Source: Chitinophagales bacterium (GTDB lineage: Bacteria > Bacteroidota > Bacteroidia > Chitinophagales > UBA10324). Taken from it: a DNA stretch of 64,000 nt. The stretch lies in the NCBI GenBank assembly GCA_025057275.1, contig JANWXQ010000020.1, positions 1,004 to 65,003 on the forward strand. Direction: 5' to 3'. The notes beneath the pieces are model-generated. The model ran no database searches, was not told the origin of the DNA, and saw only the letters and a list, made by a program, of their open reading frames with translations. Numbering within the stretch: the stretch's first letter is position 1; every line of letters begins with the position of its first letter. Below, one piece after another: positions 17,347 to 25,852 of the stretch. Position numbers and translations under genes: made by a program.

Positions 17347-18359
17347 AATCTACGCGCATTTACCTGTTGCTGTTTGTGCTGCTGGCTGCCCTGGCCGGCA
17401 TCGTCATCTGGCTGAAAGCGCCCTGGACAACGCTTCCTGCCGATGAAACTGCCTTTGCCATTGAAGATACTGCTGCAGTTTACCGCATCGCGATTGCCGA
17501 TATGCAGGGTCGGCGCATCGTTTACCAACGATCGGGAAACCGTTGGATCATCAACGATAAATACTATGCCCGCAAGGACTATATGGACATTCTGTTGTCC
17601 ACGCTGCATCGGGTGCGCATCCAATATCCGGTGGCTGATGCCGCGCAGGCCACGGTCATTACCGCCATGACCAACCACAACAAGCGGGTGGAAGTCTATG
17701 ACCGGCGCGGGCGGCTCATCAAAGCTTATTTCGTGGGAGGTCCGACATTAGACAACCGCGGAACGTACCTGCTGCTGGAAGGCTCGCGAAAACCTTACGT
17801 TGCCGCTTTGCCCCAGTTTGTCGGTACGCTGCAATCCCGCTATTCCACGGAGGAAGAAAAGGTCCGTGATACCAACATTTTCCGATACCGGCCCGGTGAA
17901 CTGCGCCGCATTGCGCTTACCTATGCGAAGAGTGCGGACAGCTCATTTATTCTGGAAGTGTACTCTGCTGATTCCATGATAATACGCAACGGCAAAGGGG
18001 ATGTAGCCACCGGTGACCGGATCAATAAGGCCAATCTGTATGGTTACCTGAACCTCTTCAGCACGCTCAATGCAGAGGTCTATGCCAACGACCTGCCCAA
18101 AAAGGATTCCATTCTCCAAACCACCCCCTACTGCGAACTGGAGGTGCTGGATGCGCACGGAAGCCGCAAATCGGTAACCTGCTTCCGCATGCCGCGCACG
18201 CAGCATACGGTACTGCAGTACGACCGAGAGGGCAATCCTGTGCTGTTTGATCCGGACCGGTATTATGCTTTGATCCGTCCGGAATACGATTTTGCCATCG
18301 TCCAGCAATTTCATTTCGGGAGGGTATTTAAAAATTTTTACTATTTCCTGAATCGCTGA
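17343..18359 (+). CDS. hypothetical membrane-anchored protein (DUF4340-like, GldG-associated)
   Basis: 338 aa with an N-terminal TM. The start overlaps the gldG stop in an ATGA. A gene of this type commonly follows gldG, but that family assignment is from memory only. Confidence 0.55.
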   Translation: MKSTRIYLLLFVLLAALAGIVIWLKAPWTTLPADETAFAIEDTAAVYRIAIADMQGRRIVYQRSGNRWIINDKYYARKDYMDILLSTLHRVRIQYPVADAAQATVITAMTNHNKRVEVYDRRGRLIKAYFVGGPTLDNRGTYLLLEGSRKPYVAALPQFVGTLQSRYSTEEEKVRDTNIFRYRPGELRRIALTYAKSADSSFILEVYSADSMIIRNGKGDVATGDRINKANLYGYLNLFSTLNAEVYANDLPKKDSILQTTPYCELEVLDAHGSRKSVTCFRMPRTQHTVLQYDREGNPVLFDPDRYYALIRPEYDFAIVQQFHFGRVFKNFYYFLNR

Positions 18360-18408
18360 TCCGGCTTTAGCGCTCTTAAAGCTTCTTCCATCCGCTATTT
18401 TCGCCCGC

Positions 18409-18984
18409 ATGGGCAAGCTGGTTGTGATCACCGCACCCTCGGGCGCCGGAAAAACCACCATTGCCCGCCATCTGTTGCGCCAGTTTCCGGAACTGTATTT
18501 CAGCGTGTCGGCTACCACGCGGGCACCGCGACCCCATGAGCAGCACGGTCGCGATTATTTTTTTATCAGCGAAAAGGAATTCCGGGAAAAAATTGCTGCA
18601 GGAGATTTTCTGGAATGGGAAGAAGTGTATCCGGGCGTGCTGTACGGTTCGTTGCGCAACGAAGCCCGCTCGGGTTGGAAACAGGGAAAAACCATTTTGT
18701 TCGACATCGATGTGCGAGGTGCACGTCGTCTGAAAGAGCAGTTTGGCGACCATGCCCTGACGGTATTCGTGCGTCCTCCTTCATGGCAGGCTTTGGAGCA
18801 GCGGCTGCTGCAGCGCGGAACAGAAACCATCCAACAACAGCAACTCCGGCTGGAACGCGCGCGCAACGAACTGCAGTACGAACCTTTTTTTGACCGAGTG
18901 CTGGTTAATGATGCGTTGCCCGTCGCTTTGCAACAGGCCACCGATTGGGTGAGTGATTTTCTTCGTCCACACCATCAACCCTGA
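18409..18984 (+). CDS. gmk: guanylate kinase
   Basis: 191 aa. P-loop APSGAGKTT, then SVSATTR.PR..E..G.DY.F and LEWEEVY. Confidence 0.95.
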   Translation: MGKLVVITAPSGAGKTTIARHLLRQFPELYFSVSATTRAPRPHEQHGRDYFFISEKEFREKIAAGDFLEWEEVYPGVLYGSLRNEARSGWKQGKTILFDIDVRGARRLKEQFGDHALTVFVRPPSWQALEQRLLQRGTETIQQQQLRLERARNELQYEPFFDRVLVNDALPVALQQATDWVSDFLRPHHQP

Positions 18985-19104
18985 GTTTTTGTTCGGAGTT
19001 CCTTCAGGGCAGGCTCACTTCCTCAGGAAAAAAATTTCTGGACACTCCATGACTTGATTGTGTACAACTCCTCCACTGCATGCTGTCCGACCGGCCGGGT
19101 GCCC

Positions 19105-19112
19105 TACTTTTG
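19105..19112 (+). promoter_or_regulatory. candidate Bacteroidota -7 promoter box (TAnnTTTG)
   Basis: TACTTTTG lies 16 nt upstream of the ATG at 19129 of the first PKD giant gene. Confidence 0.3.
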
Positions 19113-19128
19113 AAAAAATGGCTTGGTC

Positions 19129-22100
19129 ATGAACAATGGATGGATAAGTCGGTCGCTTCGCTGTACCCTGAAAAATGTTGTGGTCATCTATGCTGCCTGC
19201 TGTCTGCTTCATGGATCCGCTCAGGCACAGGCTCCGCAAATTCTCTGGTCCCGGAATTTTGGAGGAAGTCTGGCCGACCGGGCCTATGACGCTGCTGCGC
19301 CGAGCTCCGGCGGTTACGTGATCTGCGGAAGCACCTATTCCGTGGACGGCGATGTAGGCACCAACTACGGCGGCAGCGATGCCTGGGTGGTGCGTACGGA
19401 CAACGATGGAAATCTGTTGTGGCAGAAAAACTACGGAGGCAGCGGAGATGATGTATTCAAGGCAGTTCATCTGTTGCCCAACGGCGATATGATTTTTTGT
19501 GGAGGAACCAGTTCTTCCGATGGCGATGTTGCTTCCAACAAAGGCGGTTCGGATTTCTGGATTGTTCGCACCGATGCTTCCGGAGCCATTCTCTGGTCGT
19601 ACACCTTTGGGGGCAGCGGCGACGAAATAGCTAACGATATGGCCTCCAGCGGCGATACCGCTTTCATCGCCGTAGGTTATACGTTCAGCAGCGACGGCGA
19701 CGTCAGCGAATACAAAGATGCCGGCGATGGCTGGCTGCTCTACTTTGATCTCAACGGCATGATGGTTACGCAAAAAACCAAAGGCGGCAGCAACTACGAT
19801 GAATTTACTTCCATCAATAGCACCGCCAATGGCGGTTACATCATGTGCGGGCTGAGCTATTCCAACAACGGTACTGTTTCCGGCAATAAAGGCGGCAGTG
19901 ATGCTTGGATTGCCCGGCTCAGCAAACAGGGAAATGAACTTTGGAATTTTTTATATGGAACCGCTGCCGATGATGCAGGCCTTTATGTTGCCGAATTGCC
20001 CGATGGGCACTTTGCCCTTGCCGGATTTTCCACCATCAATACCACCACCGATTACTGGTACCTGGAAACAGACGATCAGGGAACAGAATGGTTCTCCAAC
20101 CTATGGGGCGGCACCGCCACCGATTTTGCTGCAGGATGCCTGCCCTCAGATGCCGGTGCCATCCTTCTTTCGGGCAATTCAGCGTCTCCAGTTGATGCAT
20201 CCAAAAACTGCAGTTTCGGGCTGAATGATCTCTGGCTGCTGAAAACCAGTGGCACATCGGTATTGTGGCAGCAATGTCTCGGCGGCAGTGGTGACGATTT
20301 CCTTTCCCGGTCGTTCGTCCACGGCAATCAATTGCTGGTTCATGTGGGCTATTCCAACAGCACCGATCACGATATTTCCGATCCCAAAGGCGATTACGAT
20401 TTTTGGCTGGTCAAGACGGCCGATGGTTGCGATGTACAGGCCGGATTCAGCGCCCAGCCCACAGGAGGAGGGTTGGTCAGCTTTGAGAACAGTTCCACTT
20501 CGGCTTATGCCTATTGGTGGGATTTCGGCGATGGAAACACCAGTCAGGATTTCCAACCGGTTCATGCATATTCCGCTGCCGGTACGTTCACGGTCTGTCT
20601 GGTTGCTATCAGCGCCTGCACTGCCGATACCTTGTGCCAACAGATCACTGTCGTTTGCGACAGCGCCCAGGCAGGATTTACGTTTTCTTCAACTAACCTG
20701 AAGGCGCTGTTTTCCGCAACGGGCTCCAACGTGGCTGCCTGGTCATGGAACTTCGGCGATGGCAATACGGCCTCCGGCGCCAATGTGATCCACAATTATG
20801 CAGTGCCCGGAACGTACACGGTTTGCGTGACTGCTTCTAATTTCTGCAGCAGCGATACGTATTGTGCTCCGGTTACGGTGGACTGTCCGGCCGTAGATGC
20901 CGGCTTCACCTGGTCGGCTAACAACCTGACCGTTAGCTTCACTTCCACGTCAACAAATGCAACCAAGTGGAAATGGAAATTCGGCAACGGCCAGAACTCC
21001 AGTCAGGAAAACCCCACCGTTACGTATGCTTCACCGGGAACCTATGAGGTTTGTCTGGTGGCCGGAAACGATTGCTACAGCGACACCATCTGCCAAAACA
21101 TCACCGTAAGCTGCCCGGTGCCCGCTCCTGCGTTTACTTACTCGGCCAATGGATTAACGGTTTCGTTTCTGAACAATACCGGCAATGCGACTTCATGGCT
21201 GTGGGAATTTGGTGACGGGAGCACATCGTCCGCACAGCATCCGCAGCATACGTACGCTGCTGCCGGCAATTACGAAGTATGTCTCACGGCTACCAACAGT
21301 TGCGGTCAGGCCACTTTCTGCACCACCGTTATTGTAGCCTGTGCGCTACCGGTTGCTGCTTTCAATGCCCAGGTCGATTTTCTGCAGGTAAGTTTTGAGA
21401 ATTTGTCTTCGGGAGCTGATTCGTACCTGTGGGATTTCGGCGACGGCACCACCTCCACAGATGTGCATCCGCAACATACGTACCTGAATGCCGGAACCTA
21501 CACCGTATGTCTTGCCGCTACGAACTCCTGCGGCACAGCCAGCCAATGCACCGACATCACCGTAGAATGCCTGCAGGCACTGGCCGACTTCATCTTTACA
21601 GCAGACGGACTGGAGGTTCAGTTTAACAACAACTCCACGAATGCAACCTCCTACGTCTGGAGCTTTGGCGACGGCGCATCTTCCAACGATGTTTCGCCGG
21701 TCCATTCCTACAGCGCTCCCGGTGAATATGAGGTGTGTCTGACCGCTTCCAACAATTGCTCGCAATCCAGCTTTTGTCAGTTCGTCACGGTTACCTGCCC
21801 TTCGTTTTCTGTCCTGTTTTCGTACAACATTAACGAACTGACCGTGCAGTTTCAGGACCAAAGTGCCGGCAGCATATCCTGGTTATGGTCTTTTGGCGAC
21901 GGCAGCTTTTCCACCTTGCAGAACCCCAGTCACACCTATGCTGTTCCCGGAACCTATGAGATATGCCTGACCGCTTCCGATGGTTGTTCCCAACAGGAAT
22001 ATTGTGAATTCATCACCATCGTAGGCACCGGCCTGACCGCTGCTGATGGTGCCGCACGGCTCTATCCCAATCCCTTCCGCGGGCAGGCAACCTTATGGCT

Positions 22101-22287
22101 GCCGGCAGGCAGCGAACCGGTTACTCTCGTGCTGCGGAATGCCTCCGGCATGACCGTATATGCTGAAGTATGGACACCGGATGCCGCCGGTTTCACCCTT
22201 CATGGTCACCATCTGGCAGCGGGGTGGTACTGGCTGGAACTGCGCAGCAGCAGCATGCAGCAGACGATACCACTGGTGATATATTAA
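19129..22287 (+). CDS. giant secreted protein: ~48-aa repeat head + 7 PKD domains + type A T9SS C-terminal domain
   Basis: Signal peptide (..AACCLLHGSAQAQA). Eight GGSxxD...SxDGDV...DxW..K...G..LW repeats. Seven units carry W(D/S/E)FGDG...HxY..G.Y.VCL. The C-terminus is LYPNPFRGQATLWL...WYWLEL. Confidence 0.85.
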   Translation: MNNGWISRSLRCTLKNVVVIYAACCLLHGSAQAQAPQILWSRNFGGSLADRAYDAAAPSSGGYVICGSTYSVDGDVGTNYGGSDAWVVRTDNDGNLLWQKNYGGSGDDVFKAVHLLPNGDMIFCGGTSSSDGDVASNKGGSDFWIVRTDASGAILWSYTFGGSGDEIANDMASSGDTAFIAVGYTFSSDGDVSEYKDAGDGWLLYFDLNGMMVTQKTKGGSNYDEFTSINSTANGGYIMCGLSYSNNGTVSGNKGGSDAWIARLSKQGNELWNFLYGTAADDAGLYVAELPDGHFALAGFSTINTTTDYWYLETDDQGTEWFSNLWGGTATDFAAGCLPSDAGAILLSGNSASPVDASKNCSFGLNDLWLLKTSGTSVLWQQCLGGSGDDFLSRSFVHGNQLLVHVGYSNSTDHDISDPKGDYDFWLVKTADGCDVQAGFSAQPTGGGLVSFENSSTSAYAYWWDFGDGNTSQDFQPVHAYSAAGTFTVCLVAISACTADTLCQQITVVCDSAQAGFTFSSTNLKALFSATGSNVAAWSWNFGDGNTASGANVIHNYAVPGTYTVCVTASNFCSSDTYCAPVTVDCPAVDAGFTWSANNLTVSFTSTSTNATKWKWKFGNGQNSSQENPTVTYASPGTYEVCLVAGNDCYSDTICQNITVSCPVPAPAFTYSANGLTVSFLNNTGNATSWLWEFGDGSTSSAQHPQHTYAAAGNYEVCLTATNSCGQATFCTTVIVACALPVAAFNAQVDFLQVSFENLSSGADSYLWDFGDGTTSTDVHPQHTYLNAGTYTVCLAATNSCGTASQCTDITVECLQALADFIFTADGLEVQFNNNSTNATSYVWSFGDGASSNDVSPVHSYSAPGEYEVCLTASNNCSQSSFCQFVTVTCPSFSVLFSYNINELTVQFQDQSAGSISWLWSFGDGSFSTLQNPSHTYAVPGTYEICLTASDGCSQQEYCEFITIVGTGLTAADGAARLYPNPFRGQATLWLPAGSEPVTLVLRNASGMTVYAEVWTPDAAGFTLHGHHLAAGWYWLELRSSSMQQTIPLVIY
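20428..22020 (+). repeat. array of 7 tandem PKD-domain coding repeats (~225 nt each)
   Basis: I counted the motifs WWDFGDG, WSWNFGDG, WKWKFGNG, WLWEFGDG, YLWDFGDG, YVWSFGDG and WLWSFGDG. The units are diverged at the DNA level. Confidence 0.8.
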
Positions 22288-22434
22288 TTATCTAAATAGT
22301 TGGCTTGCACCTGCGCTGGCTGAACTAAGCTGCTTGGGTTCTGGTCTTTCCTCACGGCGCGGAACCGGCCGTGTGCCCGGTATGTCGTTTCTTTGCTTGG
22401 CGCGGCGCTTCAGGCAGCGCAATGAAGTGTACCG

Positions 22435-25400
22435 ATGGTCATACGCACTGCATTGGCATTCGTTCTGTTGTGTGCAGCTTGGGCAAACAGCCAGAATGTG
22501 CCCGGCCTGCAATGGCAGCAATGCCGGCCCGACCTACAGGCCGTGGCCGCCGTTCGCCTGAGCGACGGTAACTTATTGGTAGCCTTGCAAAATGCCGATA
22601 CCGCTTCAAGTTCCGACCTGTGGTTGTCTACATACGATATCCTCGGCAATCTCCTTACTGAACATTTGCTGCCTGCCCCAGTGGGTGGCAAACAAACCAT
22701 ACATTCCTTAACAGCCTCTGCTGCAGCATTGCTGATCAGCGGTTCGGTGGATTCCGCCGGTCAGCACTACCGTTCGCTGTGGTGTACCGACCTGTCGGGC
22801 CAACTGCTGTGGTCATATAAAGAACTTTTTCATGATTCGCTAACCGTTCGTTACGGAAAAGCCATTCGCTCGGCGCAGGGCACTGTAGCCTGGCTCACGG
22901 AGCAAATCAGTGCTCAGATGCGCGATCTGCATCTGCTCCTGCTCAGCAGTGCCGGTTCCCCACTCGCTTCCGTTTCCTTTGGGGGAAGCGATAACGAGTT
23001 CGCGGCCGATATTCTGGAAAAACCGAACGGCGGTTTTTTATTGCTGGCTACCACTTTTTCCGACGATGCCAACCCTGCCGGAAAGGTGGACAGTTCCGAC
23101 CTGTTGCTGATCAATACCGATGCTGGCGGCAACATCCTGTGGAGTCGCTGTTACGGTGGCACGAATTACGAATATGCTGCAGCGCTGGACTGGTGGGGAA
23201 ACAAGTATCTGATCGGAGGCAGCAGCCGCAGTAGCCTGGGTGGTGTTTCCGGCCACCACGGCACCAATGATTTCTATGATGCCTGGCTCGTTGCCGTGGA
23301 TACTTCAGGTAATATATTATGGAACAATTCTTATGGAGGAAAGCAGGATGAGTTCCTGACCGGCATGCAGATTATTGGCAAGAATGCTGCCGTGATCGGT
23401 GCAACGGCCTATTCCGCCAATGCACAGGTAACCGACCACATCGGCCCTACCTGGCAGAGCGATTACTGGACTTTTTTAGTGGATAGCCTGGGAAAATTCA
23501 AATGGGGGAAAAGTGTGGGAGGAACATGGGATGATTTCTCCACCTGTTTTCTGGCATTGGACTCTTTACGCTACGTGCATGCAGGCGGCAGCCTGTCGTC
23601 AGACGGCAACCTGAACGGCGGATGCGCCCAAACAGGCGATACCCCGCTGGCAGGAGCCTGGATTGCCCTGTTGAATGCCTCCTGTCCTTCCTTTGCGCAG
23701 GCTTCGTTTACTGTAACAACGGATACATTAAGTGTTTCATTGATAAATAATTCCGTTGAGGCCACCAATTACATCTGGACTTTTGGCGACGGGGCATCGT
23801 CCAATCAAATCCATCCTTCCCATCAGTTTGCCTTCCCCGGAACCTACACCGTTTGTCTGATCGCTTCGAACTCCTGCTCCTCCGACACGCTGTGTGTCCC
23901 GGTCACTGTATGTCTGCCGCCTCAGGCACAATTCAGTTTTGCAGTGATGAACGACAGCATCCAGTTCTATGACCAATCTCCTTATGCCGTGCAATGGTAT
24001 TGGGATTTTGGTGATGGACATTTTTCCACTTCCGAATTTCCCATGCATCGTTATGATCAGCCTGGTGTTTATGTGGTTACCCTGATCGCTACAAATGCCT
24101 GTGGTCAGTCGGATACGCTCCAGCAAAGCATAAACCTCTGCCTGGCCATTCAACCGACAATTGTTAAGTCCGTCAGCGGACTATCGGTTGCGTTCTCCGC
24201 AGCAATTTCCGTTTCACCGGATGACTGGTTTTGGGATTTTGGTGATGGAGTTACTTCTACCCTTCCCAGCCCGCAGCATGCCTATGCTGATACCGGCAGC
24301 TACACAGTATGCCTTACCGTTAATTTCAACGGATGCGATCCGATAACGACGTGCACTGTTGTCACGGTGTGCCAGTTGCCGCAAAGTGCTTTTTCGTACA
24401 GCGATAACGAATTGCAGGTGGAATTTTTCAATAATTCCGTTGCAGCCGATACCTTCTTTTGGGATTTCGGCGACGGTTCTTTTTCAATGAATGTTCAGCC
24501 TGAACATACCTATTCCTCTGCCGGAAGTTATTGGGTCTGCCTGATCGCGGCCAATGCCTGCTCGGCAGATACGTTCTGCCAATTTATTACGCTTACCTGT
24601 ACCCCGCCCGAGGCTTTGTTTTCGGTGAGCACCAATGAACTGCAGGCGGATTTTCTGGACTTATCCGTTCTTGCTCAGGCCTGGCAATGGGATTTTGGCG
24701 ATGGCACCACTTCAACCGATGAACATCCCTCGCATATCTATTCCGACCCGGGAACTTACAACGTTTGCCTGACAGCGATCAACTCGTGTTCCGCCGATAC
24801 GTTTTGTCTGCCTGTGTTGATCACCTGCACCCTGCCGCAGGCAGCATTTGACTTTGAGGCCCAAAACCTGATTGTTGCTTTTGAAAACCTCTCCGATCAA
24901 GGCAATAGCTGGTTGTGGTTGTTTGGCGACGGCAACGTCAGCACGGAGCAGCATCCGGTTCATCTCTATGCCGAGCCGGGAACTTATTCCGTTTGCCTGA
25001 TAGCAACCAACGATTGCGGTGCCGATACCTTCTGCTTGTCTCTTACACTGACCTGCCCCTTGCCTGGGGCGGCCTTTTCCGCAACCACTGACTACCTCAC
25101 GGTTCATTTCACCAACCTCTCCACAAATGCTGATTCGTTGCTGTGGTTGTTGGGCGACGGCCAGACCAGCTCAGCGCAAATGTTTTCATATACCTATTCC
25201 GCGCCGGGCATTTATGGTGCATGCCTGATTGCCTTCAACAGTTGCGGCAGTGATACGACCTGCCTCCCGCTGGAACTTTCTTGTCCGCCATTACTGCCCG
25301 AATTCACTTATGTAATTTCCAATGACACCGTCTATTTTACTGACCTTACCGCCGGCAGTATTTCCTGGCTATGGGATTTTGGTGATGGCAGCACCAGCAC

Positions 25401-25761
25401 ACTAGCCAGTCCCTTTCATCTTTTTGTTCCCGGCTCGTACACGGTATGTCTGACCGTTTCCGATGGATGTTCCTCACAAACGACATGCGACAGCCTGATC
25501 TTTGTTCACCAGTTTGCGGTTCAGGATGATGTTGTGCTCATGACACCCAACCCCACCATCGGTCTGGTGCATCTGAAAGCTTCCTTTCCCATTGTTTCCA
25601 TACACGTCCGCAATGCATTAGGACAGGTGCTCATTCAAAATACCCTAAGTGAACCCCGGAACAGTTTTTCCCTCGACCTGACTGCTCTGCCTGCAGGCAG
25701 TTACTTCGTTCAAATCAGTTCTGAGAAAAAACGTCATCTGTTCCGGGTGGTGAGGCAATAA
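22435..25761 (+). CDS. giant secreted protein: repeat head + 8 PKD domains + type A T9SS C-terminal domain (paralog 2)
   Basis: 1108 aa. Signal peptide (AFVLLCAAWANSQ). The head has GG(S/T)..(D/E)...W..K/V repeats that are degenerate at the N-terminus. Eight PKD units. The C-terminus is MTPNPTIGLVHL...GSYFVQI. Confidence 0.85.
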   Translation: MVIRTALAFVLLCAAWANSQNVPGLQWQQCRPDLQAVAAVRLSDGNLLVALQNADTASSSDLWLSTYDILGNLLTEHLLPAPVGGKQTIHSLTASAAALLISGSVDSAGQHYRSLWCTDLSGQLLWSYKELFHDSLTVRYGKAIRSAQGTVAWLTEQISAQMRDLHLLLLSSAGSPLASVSFGGSDNEFAADILEKPNGGFLLLATTFSDDANPAGKVDSSDLLLINTDAGGNILWSRCYGGTNYEYAAALDWWGNKYLIGGSSRSSLGGVSGHHGTNDFYDAWLVAVDTSGNILWNNSYGGKQDEFLTGMQIIGKNAAVIGATAYSANAQVTDHIGPTWQSDYWTFLVDSLGKFKWGKSVGGTWDDFSTCFLALDSLRYVHAGGSLSSDGNLNGGCAQTGDTPLAGAWIALLNASCPSFAQASFTVTTDTLSVSLINNSVEATNYIWTFGDGASSNQIHPSHQFAFPGTYTVCLIASNSCSSDTLCVPVTVCLPPQAQFSFAVMNDSIQFYDQSPYAVQWYWDFGDGHFSTSEFPMHRYDQPGVYVVTLIATNACGQSDTLQQSINLCLAIQPTIVKSVSGLSVAFSAAISVSPDDWFWDFGDGVTSTLPSPQHAYADTGSYTVCLTVNFNGCDPITTCTVVTVCQLPQSAFSYSDNELQVEFFNNSVAADTFFWDFGDGSFSMNVQPEHTYSSAGSYWVCLIAANACSADTFCQFITLTCTPPEALFSVSTNELQADFLDLSVLAQAWQWDFGDGTTSTDEHPSHIYSDPGTYNVCLTAINSCSADTFCLPVLITCTLPQAAFDFEAQNLIVAFENLSDQGNSWLWLFGDGNVSTEQHPVHLYAEPGTYSVCLIATNDCGADTFCLSLTLTCPLPGAAFSATTDYLTVHFTNLSTNADSLLWLLGDGQTSSAQMFSYTYSAPGIYGACLIAFNSCGSDTTCLPLELSCPPLLPEFTYVISNDTVYFTDLTAGSISWLWDFGDGSTSTLASPFHLFVPGSYTVCLTVSDGCSSQTTCDSLIFVHQFAVQDDVVLMTPNPTIGLVHLKASFPIVSIHVRNALGQVLIQNTLSEPRNSFSLDLTALPAGSYFVQISSEKKRHLFRVVRQ
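23683..25506 (+). repeat. array of 8 tandem PKD-domain coding repeats
   Basis: Motifs are YIWTFGDG, WYWDFGDG, WFWDFGDG, FFWDFGDG, WQWDFGDG, WLWLFGDG, LLWLLGDG and WLWDFGDG. Units 6 and 7 have an eroded core motif. Confidence 0.8.
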
Positions 25762-25852
25762 CGGTGCAGTTCTCTGAATCAAGAAGGAAATCGGGCATTG
25801 CTCTTATGATTATCTTTCCTGCTTGAGCGGTCGGTTACAGACCGTGCCCCTG

